Below, one piece after another: positions 27,100 through 40,049 of a DNA stretch of 64,000 bases. A program made the translations under genes and the position numbers. The notes beneath the pieces were generated by a model. That model had not been told where the DNA came from, did no database searches, and saw only the letters and a list, made by a program, of their open reading frames with translations. Each line of letters begins with the position of its first letter. Positions within the stretch are counted from its first letter, which is position 1. Origin of the DNA: Octopus sinensis. Lineage: Eukaryota. The DNA lies in contig NC_043017.1 of assembly GCF_006345805.1 (NCBI RefSeq), positions 8,866,001 through 8,930,000 on the forward strand, written 5' to 3'.

Positions 27100-28069
27100 A
27101 TTCCTTTTTCCTCTTACCAAAATGCTATTTAGGTTAAAAGTTTACTGAAATATCAAGTGGTTGAGCTAAAGTTATTACATTTAATGTATGGGGGGGGGAA
27201 TCTTTCATAGTCTTGCCAACTGAGTAGAACAAGGTTCATTTGAGGAGGTCTTATTGCATCGAAACATACCCGTTGCTTGCATCAAATAGCTTTCAAAAAA
27301 AATTTTTTTAAACTCAGATTCATCCCAGGCAGCATTGTGTATATTGTCCAGAAATGTCTATCAACTGAGCTTATTGTATTTATCTCCCCCTACCTGTTTT
27401 CAGATTTTTTTTTAAACACTTCTAGATTTTGTCAACGAATTGTAGCATTAATAACAGTTTGGTGCGCCCCCCTCCCTTTGTTTCTTCATTATTTTCTGAA
27501 GAATGAGAATTCTAATGAAACTTTACAAAAACACTTTTTCGAGGATGTGGAATACGATTATAATGGTAACAGTTTAAAATAATAATAATTTAAGCAGTTT
27601 CGGATCATTCCGTTTCATTCCGATTTTGTTCCTTCGTAAATCTCTTTAAAATGCATTTGTTAAGGACCTTTCAACAGAAATAGGTTTTCGAGTATACAAC
27701 CGCACATCGTTGATGGTTCAAGTATATATAAAAACAAAAATGTGACAATGCAATAGTTATGGAAACCAGTTGAGGCTGGCTGCGGGAGAGGGTGTTTACG
27801 ACGTATAATTTCTCCAGTTGCTTAGTTTTTCTAATTTTATTAACAAAATCGTAATCTACATCCTCGGAAACGCATCCTCAGCAAATTTTCATCGGTGGTT
27901 GTGAAGGGATGAAGTCGGTGGCGCGCCAATCTGTTCCCACTTAATCGAAGTTTTTTTTCACTAATCGTTTTATTATCATTGGCTTATATCAGTGTGTGTA
28001 TAATCGGTGTTTCGGTATTTAAAACAGTAACGGTGTTTTGCACTACTTTTACACACACACACATTCTTT

Positions 28070-28306
28070 TCGTTTTACTCGTTTCAGTCATTTGACTGCG
28101 GCCATGCTGGAGCACCGCCTTTAGTCGAATAAATTGATTCCAGGACTTATTCTTTGTAAGAATAGTACTTGTTCTATCGGTCTCCTTTTGCCGAACCACT
28201 TTGAGCCTTCAAGTCTTGTACCATATTTTTTTTTTGAGGGTCAAGACTTCATACACCCCTCGTATGTGTGTTTGTGTGTGTGTGTGTGTGTGTATTATAT
28301 ATATAG

Positions 28307-28345
<39 letters not shown>

Positions 28346-28420
28346 TATATATTATATATAGGTGCTTTGGTAGACGGAAACTAAAAGAAGCCTGTCGTAG
28401 ATATGTATGTATGTATATAC

Positions 28421-28453
<33 letters not shown>

Positions 28454-28652
28454 TGTGTGTGTGTGTGTGTTCATGCATTAAGCACGCACACATATATATC
28501 TGCGACAAGCTTCTTTCAGTTTCCGTCTACCAAATCCACTCACGAGGTTTTGGTCGGCCCGAGGCTATAGCAGCAGACACTTGCCCAAGGTGTCACGCAG
28601 TGGGACTGAACCCAGAACCATGTGTTTATGAAAAAAGCTTCTAACCAGTCAC
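28070..28652 (-). mobile_element. Fragmented family B SINE pieces (28070-28200, 28503-28652) with a short inverted piece at about 28365-28400
   Basis: Direct match to family B consensus segments. Confidence 0.7.
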
Positions 28653-31387
28653 GCCCGATGTTTCCATTTTAACCATTGAAACAGCTGTAGAACTCAGAAT
28701 GAAAATTTTGAAACATCTGTTAAAATATTTGTTTCTTTTTCATTATTGTGTGTGTATATGCAACATTATAACTACAAAACGTGTTTATATATAATATTAC
28801 AAAAAAAAAACAAAGATTTCACAGATGTGTATGTATAGATATATATATATATACAAATAAATGAAAGAATGGAGTTGAACGACGAATTAACAAAATTCTG
28901 ACGTGAATTTGCTACCCAGGTATCGGTTAACCGAATTATCCATAAGATAATTCATTCAACTACTGATATATATATATATATATTTATACATTGGATGAAT
29001 ATACTGTATGAGCTGTTACAAAGCGCGTGTGAGTGTGTAAAGACCTGGGCCACTACTGACCTCAGCATATACGCATACATACATACATACAGACACACAT
29101 TCTTTAAGTGACTTAAGTTGAACTGACACACTGCCAAGAGCCTTCTTTTTTAAGTGTCACCTAAATTGTGAATCATTGAAAGAGTTCAAACTAACGGCCC
29201 CCATTTCTCTCTCTCTCTTTCTGCCGCTTTCACTGGACACATACACCAACAAAAGAAAGTAGGACATAAAAAAATAAGCAGGGAAGGGGGGGGAGAACAT
29301 TTGGGGTCACAAACATCAAGCTGCCAGTAAAATGGGGTCAATATCATCAACTGGTTAAAAAAGTAAAATTTCAGTAGGACCCATAGCAAATGGTCGAGAT
29401 TGTTTGGTAGTGGACATGAACAAAACATAGATAGGAGGACGCTAGGGTTAGGTAGGGGGACTATGACAAATGGTCAAACGGTTGATATCGGACACCAGTA
29501 AAGGGTAGCAGTCGTGGAATGGGGGGGTGAGTGATGGAGTAGGGGACAACTGCAAAAACAGACGGGCTTTTTTTTTATATATTTATATTTTTCCAACAAC
29601 TGTAGAACAGGCAGAAAAAAGGGACAGATGGCGGCACACCAACCTAACCCATGTATTTGTTCCCCACCACCACCTCGGCCATTGACTTTGTTTCCTCATA
29701 ACTTTCAGGCAAATTCTTTTTTTCTTTCTACTTGTTTCAGTCATTTTGACTGCGGCCATGCTGGAGCACCGCCTTTCATCGAGCAATTCGACCCCGGGAC
29801 TTATTCTTTGTGAGCCCAGTACTTATTCTATCGGTCTCTTTTGCCGAACCGCTTTTTTTAATAAAATGTTCTACAAAATACATTTCTGCTGATGTTAGAT
29901 TACGATTACATCGGAATTTAATGAGAAAAAAATAATCGGTAGGCGCGCATGAGGAAACAAAGTCGAGATGGGGGAAGAGACACCTGTGTACTTTATGTTA
30001 TGTCCCAATTGTGCCCAAACGACAAATAATCAAAATAAGAGAAAAATCAACCGAAAGTGGTTGTTTGTTGACCGAAGACGGTTGACCCCTTTCGTTTGCA
30101 AGATCTGATCATTTTATTGATTATTATTGCGAAATACTTGGTGACATTTCATCCGTCTGCACGTTCTGAGTTCAAATGCCACCGAGGTCGACTTTGCCTT
30201 TCATCCTTTCGGAATCGAAAAGTACCAGTTGCGTACTGGGGTCCCACCAAATTTCAGGCCTTGTGCCTATAGTAGAAAGGATTATTATTATTATTATTAT
30301 TCCGTTTGTTAGTTTATCCTTTTACTCTCAGAGGCGTTCTCTAATTGCTGTTAAATGATGGACGATTGGCGGGAATTAATTAACATGTTAATTGCCAGAA
30401 ATGTGGCAGCCACAAAGCAAATCCAAAAAGTTTCACTTTTGGAGAAACTTCATAATAATAATGGTAGTGGAGGGTTTAAATTTTGGCACAAGGGCTGCTG
30501 GTTCGCGGTGAGAGCGACCCAATGCTCAACTGGTACTTATTTTATCGGCCCCAAAGGATGAAAGATAATGTCGACCTCGCCGAAATTTATAATAATTACT
30601 TCAATAGGCATGATGCCGGAAATTTTGAGATAAGGGGGTAGACTTGATAACTTGATTTCATCAACCCCCGAAGAGGATGAACGGCAAAGTTAGTTGACCC
30701 TGTCGGAATTTGAACTCAGAACGTAGAGAGCAAAAAAATATTTCTAACATAGGAATATCATAGTTCCTCTTTTTAATAGCTGTCCTTCGAAGTCCCAAAC
30801 CAGATAGGAAAGGAAAACGATAATTCGTTTGATTCGCACACACACACACTTCGAGTTTTTTTTCTTTTTTCAATATTCCTCTTTTTCATATAACGGAAAT
30901 TACTTTCCTATGTCAAACCATGAGATATGGGACTTCGAAGGACACCTTTCTAAGTCTCCGTATCATATCGAGATGATGTCGCGAACCGCCATCCTCCACT
31001 TGGTACTTAGTCCCCGGAGGAATGACAGGATGGGGGCTTGAATTCGAAACTTTGGGGAACACAAGTAAAATAATGAAAATTATTTGTTACACCAAGACAC
31101 GAGGACACAAATTTTAAGACAGCGAGGCCGGGGACGGTTTCGTCGATTAAATTAACCTCAGTACTTGTACAAATATATTTATCAATAGCTAAGAGAATTG
31201 AATATCAAAACTGGCCACGGTAGGATTCGAACTCAGATAAGTAAAGAGTTGGAATAAATACAAGGATTTAGATGGGACATCGCCAATATTTTTTTTAATG
31301 TCTTAGAGAAAAAAATGGTCGTGTTTGATTAAGTTCATTGTTTATAATATATGTACATATATATATATATATAAAAGAAAGACTTAC

Positions 31388-31463
31388 CTTGGACAAGGGT
31401 ATGTAGCAAAAGAAAAGTCCATAAAATCACCAAATGTACACAGTTCCGTCCAATCAGACGCAT
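31388..31463 (-). CDS. Probable first coding exon of a secreted or membrane protein (signal peptide MRLIGRNCVHLVILWTFLLLHTLVQ-G)
   Basis: ATG with A at -3, 76 nt open frame (25 codons + 1), n/h/c signal-peptide layout ending V-Q-G, then a consensus donor CAAG|GTAAGT in phase 1. Downstream exons were not found in the window. Confidence 0.6.
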
Positions 31464-32644
31464 AATACTCCAAAGTGTATGGCGCGTGTATATATTAAAA
31501 TATATATATTATATTTTGGATCTACATAAGGTTTAAGAAAAGCTTTCCTGGCGGTATGCAGAGAGGAGTATAGATATATACATGTAAATAACTATACATA
31601 CATTTATATAGATGATATTTTAAGACAGAGAAGATCGTGATAGAAAGAAAGAGATAGATAATCCACCCTGCGTGTTTGTATGTATATATATTAGTGTGTG
31701 GTGCGCGTGTGTGTATAGGTATCCGAACTGTGATATTCCGCGGTTTGTAAAAAACAAATCAGATGTATATTAAACAATATAATAATTATTATTGCAGAAA
31801 ATTGTAGAAAATTTTGTGAATTTACGCGGCGGTGGTGCTATATACAAGCGAGTAATGTATTCCTTAAAACGAGGGTACGATAATGAGAAGATGCTGGTAG
31901 TGGGAGCAAGGAGTGAATTTTGAAAGACGATGAGGGGTACGTTGTTACGAAAAGGGGTGAGCCGTCAAACTTCGTTCCAGCGAGTTTAGAAGCTTTTTTC
32001 GATCAATTATTCGAGGGTCGGGGGGAAGTAATAAAAGAGACGGGACATTTACAAACAAAAGTGTTGTGGGGGGGCTGACAGTAGAAGCCCTTATTACTGA
32101 TAGGGTGTAGGGGTATGATTATTATTTTTTTTTTTTTTTTCATTTAGGGCACAAAGCCGCAATTTTGAAGTCGAGGGAAATGAGACTGCATAATATTCAT
32201 CCCTTTTCTTTCTTGTTTTTGAAATTGCTGAAAAATCATAAGAATAATTTTTAGGGCCCTTATTTGTTTTTCTTTGGTATATTTTACTCCCCGGGCTTGT
32301 TGCTGGTATTATTAAATTATTAAAGCTGTTTAGAGGAAAGTGCTTTCAAAACGGCCCAAGCTCCATGCTTTTGTCAAGGAGAGAGTATCAAAGTTTTTGA
32401 AAAAGAAAAAAAAACATTTGTCACTGCTCACACTCCAGCCCAGCGTGTGATATGTATGTATGTCGCTGTATGTGTGTGTCTATATCCGTGTCTGTGTATG
32501 TATGTGTACTTGACGTATGTCTTTGTGTATGTATATATATATAAATATGTGTGTGTGTGTATGTTGGAGTTTGTGTCTGTTTCTGTGTGTCTATATCCTT
32601 GTCTATATATATATATGTGTATCTGTATTTGACGTATGCGTTTT

Positions 32645-32679
<35 letters not shown>

Positions 32680-33395
32680 AGATATATATAGATGTGTGTG
32701 TCTGTTTAAATGATGTATAAGTATGCGACTGCTTCTTTACAGAGTAATGGTATGAGAAGAGAAAGCCTACACACACACACTCACTCTCTCTCTCTCTCTT
32801 CTTAAATAGACATTATTATTGATGTTATTGTTGTTGTTGCTATTTTCATTATTATTACTATTATTATTATTATAAGGTTGCCTCTACAATTCACAAACTC
32901 CTCCCTCGATCTCCTTCCCCCCTCTCTCTCTCTCTCTGTCTCTCCGTCATTCACAGGTCTAGCTCACCCCTCTCACTCCGTTACTTACACTATAACTTTC
33001 CCCCCTCATTCATTCACTCTCTCTTTGTTTCTTACTCTCCCTTCCCTCAGTATTTAATTGTGTTGTTTCTGGTGTGTGTGTGCATATGTGTGTGTGCCTG
33101 TGCCTGTGTCTGTATGCGCGCGCGTGGTTCTATACTAGTGTGTGTGTGTGGTGTGTGTGTGTGTGTACAGGAGTGTGGAAAGTGTTCGGATGTATGTAAA
33201 TGTTAGTGCGCGTGTTTCTCTGTCTCTCTCTCTCTCTCTGTCAAAATAACAAGCGACTTGCCTTTCTCTCTATGCCCCTCTGTAAAGGTGGTGGTGGCGG
33301 TGGTGTGTGTGTGTGGGGGGGGGGAAATAATAGTCCCACGGGAGAAGTGAGAAACTACATAAAACACACACACACATTTTCATACATACACATGA

Positions 33396-33427
<32 letters not shown>

Positions 33428-33454
33428 AAGAAAAGTATCTATATATATTATATA

Positions 33455-33836
33455 TTCTTTTATGTGTTTCACTCATTTGACTGCGGCCATGCTGGAACAC
33501 TGCTTCTAGTCGAAAAACTCGAAACCAGGACTTATCATTTGTAAGCCCAGTACTTATTCTATCAGCCTCTTTTGCCGAACGTCTAAGTTACGGGGACGTA
33601 AACACACCAACATCGGTTGTCAAGCGATGGTGGGGGGGTGGACAAAATCAGACAGGTTTATATATATATATATACACGATGGGCTTCTTTCAGTTTCTAT
33701 CTACAAATACACTCACAAGTCTTTGGTCGGCCCGAGGCTCTATAGTTGAAGACACTTGCACAAAGTGCCACTCGGTGGGACTGAACCCGGAACCATGTGA
33801 TTGGGAAGCAAGCTTCTTTCTACACACCCACTCCTC
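33455..33836 (-). mobile_element. SINE family B
   Basis: ctcatttgactgcggccatgctgg ... cacacccactcc. Confidence 0.85.
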
Positions 33837-33860
33837 TGTGTGTGTGTGTGTTTGTGTGAA

Positions 33861-34160
33861 GGCGCGTGGCTTAGTTGTTAGGGCATTCGGCTCACGATCG
33901 TAAAGTCGTGAGTTCAACTCCCGGCGACGCGTTGTGTCCTTGAGCAAGATTCTTTATTTAACGTTTCTCCAGTCCACTCAGCTAGCAAAAATGAGTAGTA
34001 CCTGTATTTCAAAGGGGCCAGCCTTGTCACATTCTATGTCACGCTAAATTTCCCTGAGAACTACATTAATGGTACACGTGTTTGTGGAGTGCTCAGCCAT
34101 TTGCATGTTAATTTAACGAGCAGCTGTTTCGTTGATCGAATCACTTGGGACCATTCTTCG
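33861..34160 (+). mobile_element. tRNA-derived SINE family C
   Basis: ggcgcgtggcttagttgttagggc...gagttcaactcccgg head then gtgtccttgagcaag body; homologous to 41281-41591. Confidence 0.85.
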
Positions 34161-34161
34161 C

Positions 34162-34317
34162 CATCGTCTCCGCTGGGCAGGTCACGTGCAGCGTATGGAG
34201 CCCTCTCGTCTCCCAAGGATCATGCTCTAGGAGAACTTGCAATCGGAACAAGACCCAGAGGAGATCCGAAATTCCATTTTAAAGACCAGCTCAAACGGAC
34301 CTTGGCTCAAGCTGGTG
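34162..34317 (+). mobile_element. RTE (BovB-like) ORF2 C-terminal fragment
   Basis: LRWAGHVQRMEPSRLPRIML / GELAIGTRPRGDPKFHFKDQLKRTL. Confidence 0.8.
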
Positions 34318-34525
34318 TGTTAACTTCCCCGTAACCTAGCGATAGAATAAGTATTAATGCTTTGCAAAGATTAAGTCCTGGGGTAAATTTTCCCAACTAT
34401 AGGCGGTGCTCCTGCATGACCGCAGTCAAATGACTGAAACAAATATATATATTCGATTCGTTTGGTTTCGTTTCGTTTCTTCTTCTTCTCTAAGCTGGTT
34501 TATATATATATATATATATGCTGAA

Positions 34526-34596
<71 letters not shown>

Positions 34597-35344
34597 TACC
34601 TCTGTTCTGGTATGTCAACTTTGGCTTTTGTTTCAATGCTGATTCAATATAAAACAGCGAAACAATACGCGATTAACGTACAGGTAATTTATTCATTGAA
34701 CTAGCTACTAACAATGCGCTATTTATGCAAATCAGTCTTTCCAGTTTACTTAAACCCTGAGAAATAGTCGGTAAATAACTAACGTTATCATCGACAGTTC
34801 AACGACGGTAATCGGTTTCAAGACAGAGCTGAAACAAATCCGTCTTTTTCCTGTCTTTGAAGATATTTTATTTAAAAACAGCGTATTTTAGATCTGTCTA
34901 TATTACATTGCGCAGAGAAAATAAAATCCATAGATATAGTTTATAATCCGCTTTAAATCATAAACGCACGCATATAGATAGATCTTTCGATAGGGAGTGC
35001 AACAGAAAAACCTTGTTTTATTGATTATGTTTGTGCTAAGCAAAATTGTGAACAGCACCTCTTACAAGACGAATTTCTAAAACCTTAATCCATTTAATAC
35101 CAACCTGTTTAAGACCGCTTCTGGTTCTATGATAGAAATTTCGGTTTAAAAGAGTCTAAATTAAAAGTTTCCGCTAAAATTCTATGTAAATTTATATTCC
35201 AAAGTCCGATTTTAAAATTTCAATTATTGAATTCTTCGAAGATATTCTATTTTAGAACGATGTATTTACATCTGTCTATATTACATGACGTAGAGAATAA
35301 AATCCACAGATATAGTCTATAGTCCGCTTTGAATTATAAACACA

Positions 35345-35371
35345 GACAGACAGATAGATAGACAGACAGAC

Positions 35372-35459
<88 letters not shown>

Positions 35460-35465
35460 GGATGG
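35345..35465. repeat. (GATA)n microsatellite
   Basis: Direct observation. Confidence 0.95.
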
Positions 35466-35739
35466 ATCTTTCAATACAGAATGCGACACAAAAACCTCCC
35501 GATTCCTGAAACGTGAGTGTGTGTGTGTGCGTGGGGGGGGGCGGTTCTTCACCTAAGTTCAATTCCTTATATCACTGCCGCAACGAGAAGTATCGTGGAG
35601 TTTAATGTCTTCGGATATTAAACTAACACTTTAGTTTGATTTCCCATGGCTGATGCGAAAGAAGATTTTCCCATTTATTTGTTCTTCGTCTTTTTCTGTA
35701 AGTCTTTTGCATGTCGAAATTCGATTCTCATGCATGGAT

Positions 35740-36030
35740 CATCATCATCATTGTTCGACCGTGGTCGAGACAATGGAATTTACCATGCTACGCCAGACTT
35801 CACGGTCCATCATGGCATTACGGAGGTCCTGTTGCTGGATGCCTGTATCCCTGGAGATTACATCAGGGTAGGAGAGTGTGCGCCCTCTGGTATTGCGAGT
35901 AGATGGCTTCCAGAGGAGAAGAGTAGAAATTACTTCTTTTTCAGCTCTACAACAATGTCCAGCAAACTGGACTCTCCTACCTTTCACAAGAGATGACACA
36001 GGTGGTAATTTCCCATGCATCCATGTAAGC
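35740..36030 (-). mobile_element. RTE LINE 3' end
   Basis: RRVQFAGHCCRAEKEVISTLLLWKP...RGRTLSYPDVISRDTG...MMDREVWR stop, (TGA)n tail. Confidence 0.85.
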
Positions 36031-36548
36031 ATGTACACACACACACACACACATACACACACCACACACACACACACGGATATATTTATGCGATAGCTGC
36101 AAATCGAGTAGGTCAGTTGTAGTTTTTCAGTCCTGCTAGGGAGCTACCCTCTTTCCCACGATGCAGTGGGTGTTAAGAGAGTTTACCACCCGTGCTGACA
36201 CATGCCTTCTTCATTCCTGAATGCTTTGCCTTTCTCGGCTTCGGCCAGCCGCGTACAAAACACATTAAAAAAGATTAATTGAGATATAAGAATCGAACGA
36301 TGCATGTGCCACAAGCTTTTCACAATGAGAAAAAGCATTGCAGAAGGCCAATCCTGATTTCTAAACGACGTCTGCATTAGCCACAAAAGAATAACTAGTC
36401 TACATCAGAGACCCCTCTCATTTCTATTTTACTCGGGTGGATCCTCATAGCCATTCGATGTTATAAAAAAATCCTATAATATTTTCATAATTAAATATTA
36501 ACAACTGTTTTTTAAAAAATGTTGAGATATTTTGTGTATTGTAGAAGT

Positions 36549-36982
36549 ACTCTTTACTCTTTTACTCTTTTATTTGTTTCAGTCATTTGACTGCGGCCAT
36601 GCTGGAGCACCGCCTTTAGTCGAGCTTATCGACCCCAGGACTTATACTTTCTAAGCCCAGTACTTATTCTATCGGTCTCTTTTGCCGAACCGCTAAGTGA
36701 CGGGGACGTAAACACACCAGCATCGGTTGTCATGCAATGCTAGGGGAACAAACACAGATACACAAACACACACACACCACACACACACACACACATATAT
36801 ATATATACATATATATACGACAGGCTTCTTTCAGTTTCCGTCTACCAAATCCATTCACAAGGCATTGGTCGGCCCGAGGCTATAGCTGAAGACACTTGCC
36901 CAAGATGCCACGCAGTGGGACTGAACCCGGAACCATGTGGTTCGTAAGCAAGCTACTTACCACACAGCCACTCCTACGCCTA
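36549..36982 (-). mobile_element. SINE family B, full length, CpG-intact
   Basis: Near-consensus with (tcttttac)n tail. Confidence 0.9.
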
Positions 36983-37008
36983 TATCACTTTATTTATATA
37001 GACCTTCC

Positions 37009-37163
37009 CAAGGCCGGCTCAAGGTGCCGGCAACTCGGGCGGTCGCCCGGGGCGCCATGTGCTAGAAGGGCGTGACAAAGACGAGGAAATTTCCACGACC
37101 GTCAACTTGTACACGCCGAAGTCCAATTTGCCCGGGGCACCACCGAAAGTAGGGCCGGCCTTG
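37009..37163. mobile_element. GC-rich hAT/Tip100-like MITE
   Basis: TIRs caaggccggctc / agggccggccttg; no clean TSD. Confidence 0.6.
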
Positions 37164-37404
37164 TGGACCGCCAAGGCTCACATGCACGCCTAAGAATTAT
37201 AATGGATCCCTGTTGAGGACCGCTGGTCTACATCATTGCATGCTAATTGTTATGTGAGAATTTTCCTTCAAGAGACTGAGGGATCCTCACTCCCAGCTGT
37301 CGAGTGGACGTTGACTCTGTTCAGTTCATTCGCCCTCTTGACAGGTTTCGTCTTTCGCCTTCCGCGCTGTCCAACTAAAACCGCTTCTCCCTCCCTTCCT
37401 TCCC

Positions 37405-37495
37405 TTATCAAGCAGACTTGAGAAGGGTTGGTTGAGTCGCCTACGGCCGACCATGCGACAGGATGTATTGGGTTACATGTTAGCAGGAGCACCGA
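37405..37495 (-). repeat. Unclassified interspersed repeat (also 42050-42215 + and 43505-43690 +)
   Basis: Shared taacatgtaaccca...cctgtcgcatggtcgg...ggcgact block. Confidence 0.65.
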
Positions 37496-37509
37496 GAGTA
37501 AACTCACTC

Positions 37510-37780
37510 GCTCACTCACACACAAACACACACAAACACACACACACGCGCACGCACACATACACACACACACACACACTGACACTCACACACACACACA
37601 CACACACGCGCACACATACACACACACCCACACTGACACACACACGCACACGCACACACACACACACACACACTGAAACTGACACACGCACACACACACA
37701 CACACACGCACGCACGCGCACACACACATACACACGCACGCGCACACACACATACACACACACGCACTCACACGACACAG
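37510..37780. repeat. (CA)n-type compound microsatellite
   Basis: Direct observation. Confidence 0.95.
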
Positions 37781-37959
37781 ATAACTTTTTTTCTCGTTTA
37801 CTTGTTTCCGTCATTGGACGGCGACCAATGCTGCGGAACCGCCTGGAAGTGTTTTCAGTCGAACAAATCAACCCAATTCTTATATCTTTAAGCCTGGAAC
37901 ATATTTTGTCGGTCTCTTTTATTTTATATATAAACTAATTATATGCATTTTACATATAT

Positions 37960-37963
37960 ACAC

Positions 37964-37999
<36 letters not shown>

Positions 38000-38004
38000 C
38001 GTGG

Positions 38005-38037
<33 letters not shown>

Positions 38038-38350
38038 ATTATATGTGTGTAATGTATATACTATATATATATTATTATATATATATATAGATATATAATA
38101 TATAATATATATGTGGTGTGTATGTAAATATATCATATATATATATATATATATATGTGTGTATATGTATATATATATATATATATGATATTATTATATA
38201 GATATATATATGTACATATTATATATATATATATATATCTATATATATATAATATATCTATATATATACATAATATATATATTAATATATATATATATAT
38301 ATATAATATATATATACTATATATATATATTATTATATATATATACTGTA
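37960..38350. repeat. (TA)n-rich compound microsatellite
   Basis: Direct observation. Confidence 0.95.
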
Positions 38351-38472
38351 TATGCATGAGAATGTGTTTTCTGTGCGAACGAGATTCGGGAAGTATGCTT
38401 GTGCATATATTTATACACCACATTAACACACACTCAACACACACTCACCACATTAACACCACACTCACGTTG

Positions 38473-38503
<31 letters not shown>

Positions 38504-38784
38504 TTGGTGTGCGGTGTGTGTGTGTGTGTGTTTGTGTGTGAGTGTGTGCAATACACAAAGAGACAGGTGGGAAAGACGATAAATGAAAGACTATATGGGA
38601 GTGTGAATAAATATATATATTACACATGTAGCTCTGTATATATATATATATATATACATATAATATATATATATGTAAATGTACGTATCAGCATGTACAT
38701 ATGTGTGTGTGTGTGTCTATCTTGTTACATAGACATTGTTTTAAACGTGAGGAAAACGATTTTATTACAATCTACAAAAAAGCA

Positions 38785-38910
38785 AGCCTGGGGCGACGTC
38801 GTCCTACTTCGCTACAGTGTCAACGGGCGGTGGGAGGAGCCCGAAGCAGCTCATTTGCATACAGCAACGCTCTTCACGCCCAACGACACACGAAGTCACG
38901 TCACATTCAA
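38785..38910. promoter_or_regulatory. CpG-rich unique island with GC box, octamer and CRE/E-box-like motifs
   Basis: 12 CpG in about 115 bp; GGGCGG 38825-38830, ATTTGCAT 38853-38860, TCACGTCA 38896-38903. Confidence 0.3.
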
Positions 38911-39143
38911 TGATACATACATATATCTTCTATGTGTAATCTCTTATCTTTAATTTGTTTCACTCATTGGACTGCGGTCATGCTGGGGCAACGCCTTGAA
39001 AAATTTTTAGTCGAACGGATCGATCCCAGTACTCATTTTTGTCAAGCCAGTTACGGGAAAGAAAACACCAACACCGGTTGTCAAGTGTTGTCGTTGGTGG
39101 TGGGTGGACGATTATCATTCACAAAGACACATATATACATATA

Positions 39144-39308
39144 TATTTCTTTATTGCCCACAAGGGGCTACACAGAGGGGACAAACATAGGGATTAAGTC
39201 GATTAGCTCGCCCCCAGTGCGAAACGGGTACTTTATTTATCGACCCCGAAAGGATGAAAGGCAAAGTCGACCTCGGCGGAATTTGAACTCAGAACGTAAC
39301 GACAGGCG
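39144..39308 (-). mobile_element. SINE family A, 5' truncated
   Basis: Matches family A core and tail. Confidence 0.85.
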
Positions 39309-39313
39309 ATATA

Positions 39314-39722
39314 GGCGCAGGCGTGGCTGTGTGGTAAAAGGCTTGCTTCCCAACCATATGGTTCCGGTTTCAGTCCCACTGCGTGACACCTTGAGCAAGT
39401 GTTTTTTTTACTATAGCCTCGGGCCAACCAAAGCCTTGTGAGTAGATTTGATAGATGGAAACTGAAAGAAGCCCGTCGTGTGTGTGTGTGTGCGTGTGTA
39501 TAGTGCTTATCCCACCCAACCATCGCTTGACAACCGATGTAGGTGTGTTTACGTCCCGTTGCATAAGCAGTTCGGCAAAAGACACCGATAGAATAAGTAC
39601 TAGGCTTACAAAGAATCTTGGGATCGATTTCTTCAACTCTTTAGGATCGATTTCTTCGACTCTTTAGGGCGGTGCTCCAGCATGGCCGCAATCAAATAAC
39701 TAAAACAAATAAAAGAATAAAA
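39314..39722 (+). mobile_element. SINE family B, full length
   Basis: ggcgcaggcgtggctgtgtgg head to tail; inverted family B pieces on both sides (38950-39110, 39735-39894). Confidence 0.9.
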
Positions 39723-40049
39723 AAACATAAATGACAGGCTTCTTTCAGTTTCCGTCTACGAAATCCACTCTCAAGGCTTTAGTTGGCCCGAGGCTATAGT
39801 AGAAGACACTTGCCGAAGTGCCACGCAGTGGGACTGAACCCGGAACCATGTAGTTGAGAAGCAAACTTATTGCCGCACTGCCACGCCTGCGCCTAAAACA
39901 ACTGATTTCACCCACAGAACACGACCCCACAACCCCCAGATTATTATATAACAATCTTTTACTTACAGTTATTAACTGTGGTCATGCTTTGTGCTTATAG
40001 TAAGAATAGTTTTTTTTTCCCGTATCTTCCGACTTGTGTAGGATATTTT

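Noticed and set aside
25790-27120. Long ORFs up to 296 aa (MCVCMYIY...)
   Set aside because: Translations of a microsatellite; no real protein composition.
33861-33935. tRNA-like sequences at SINE heads (also 41281, 39314, 47087)
   Set aside because: They continue directly into SINE bodies and lack complete cloverleaf acceptor stems; not tRNA genes.
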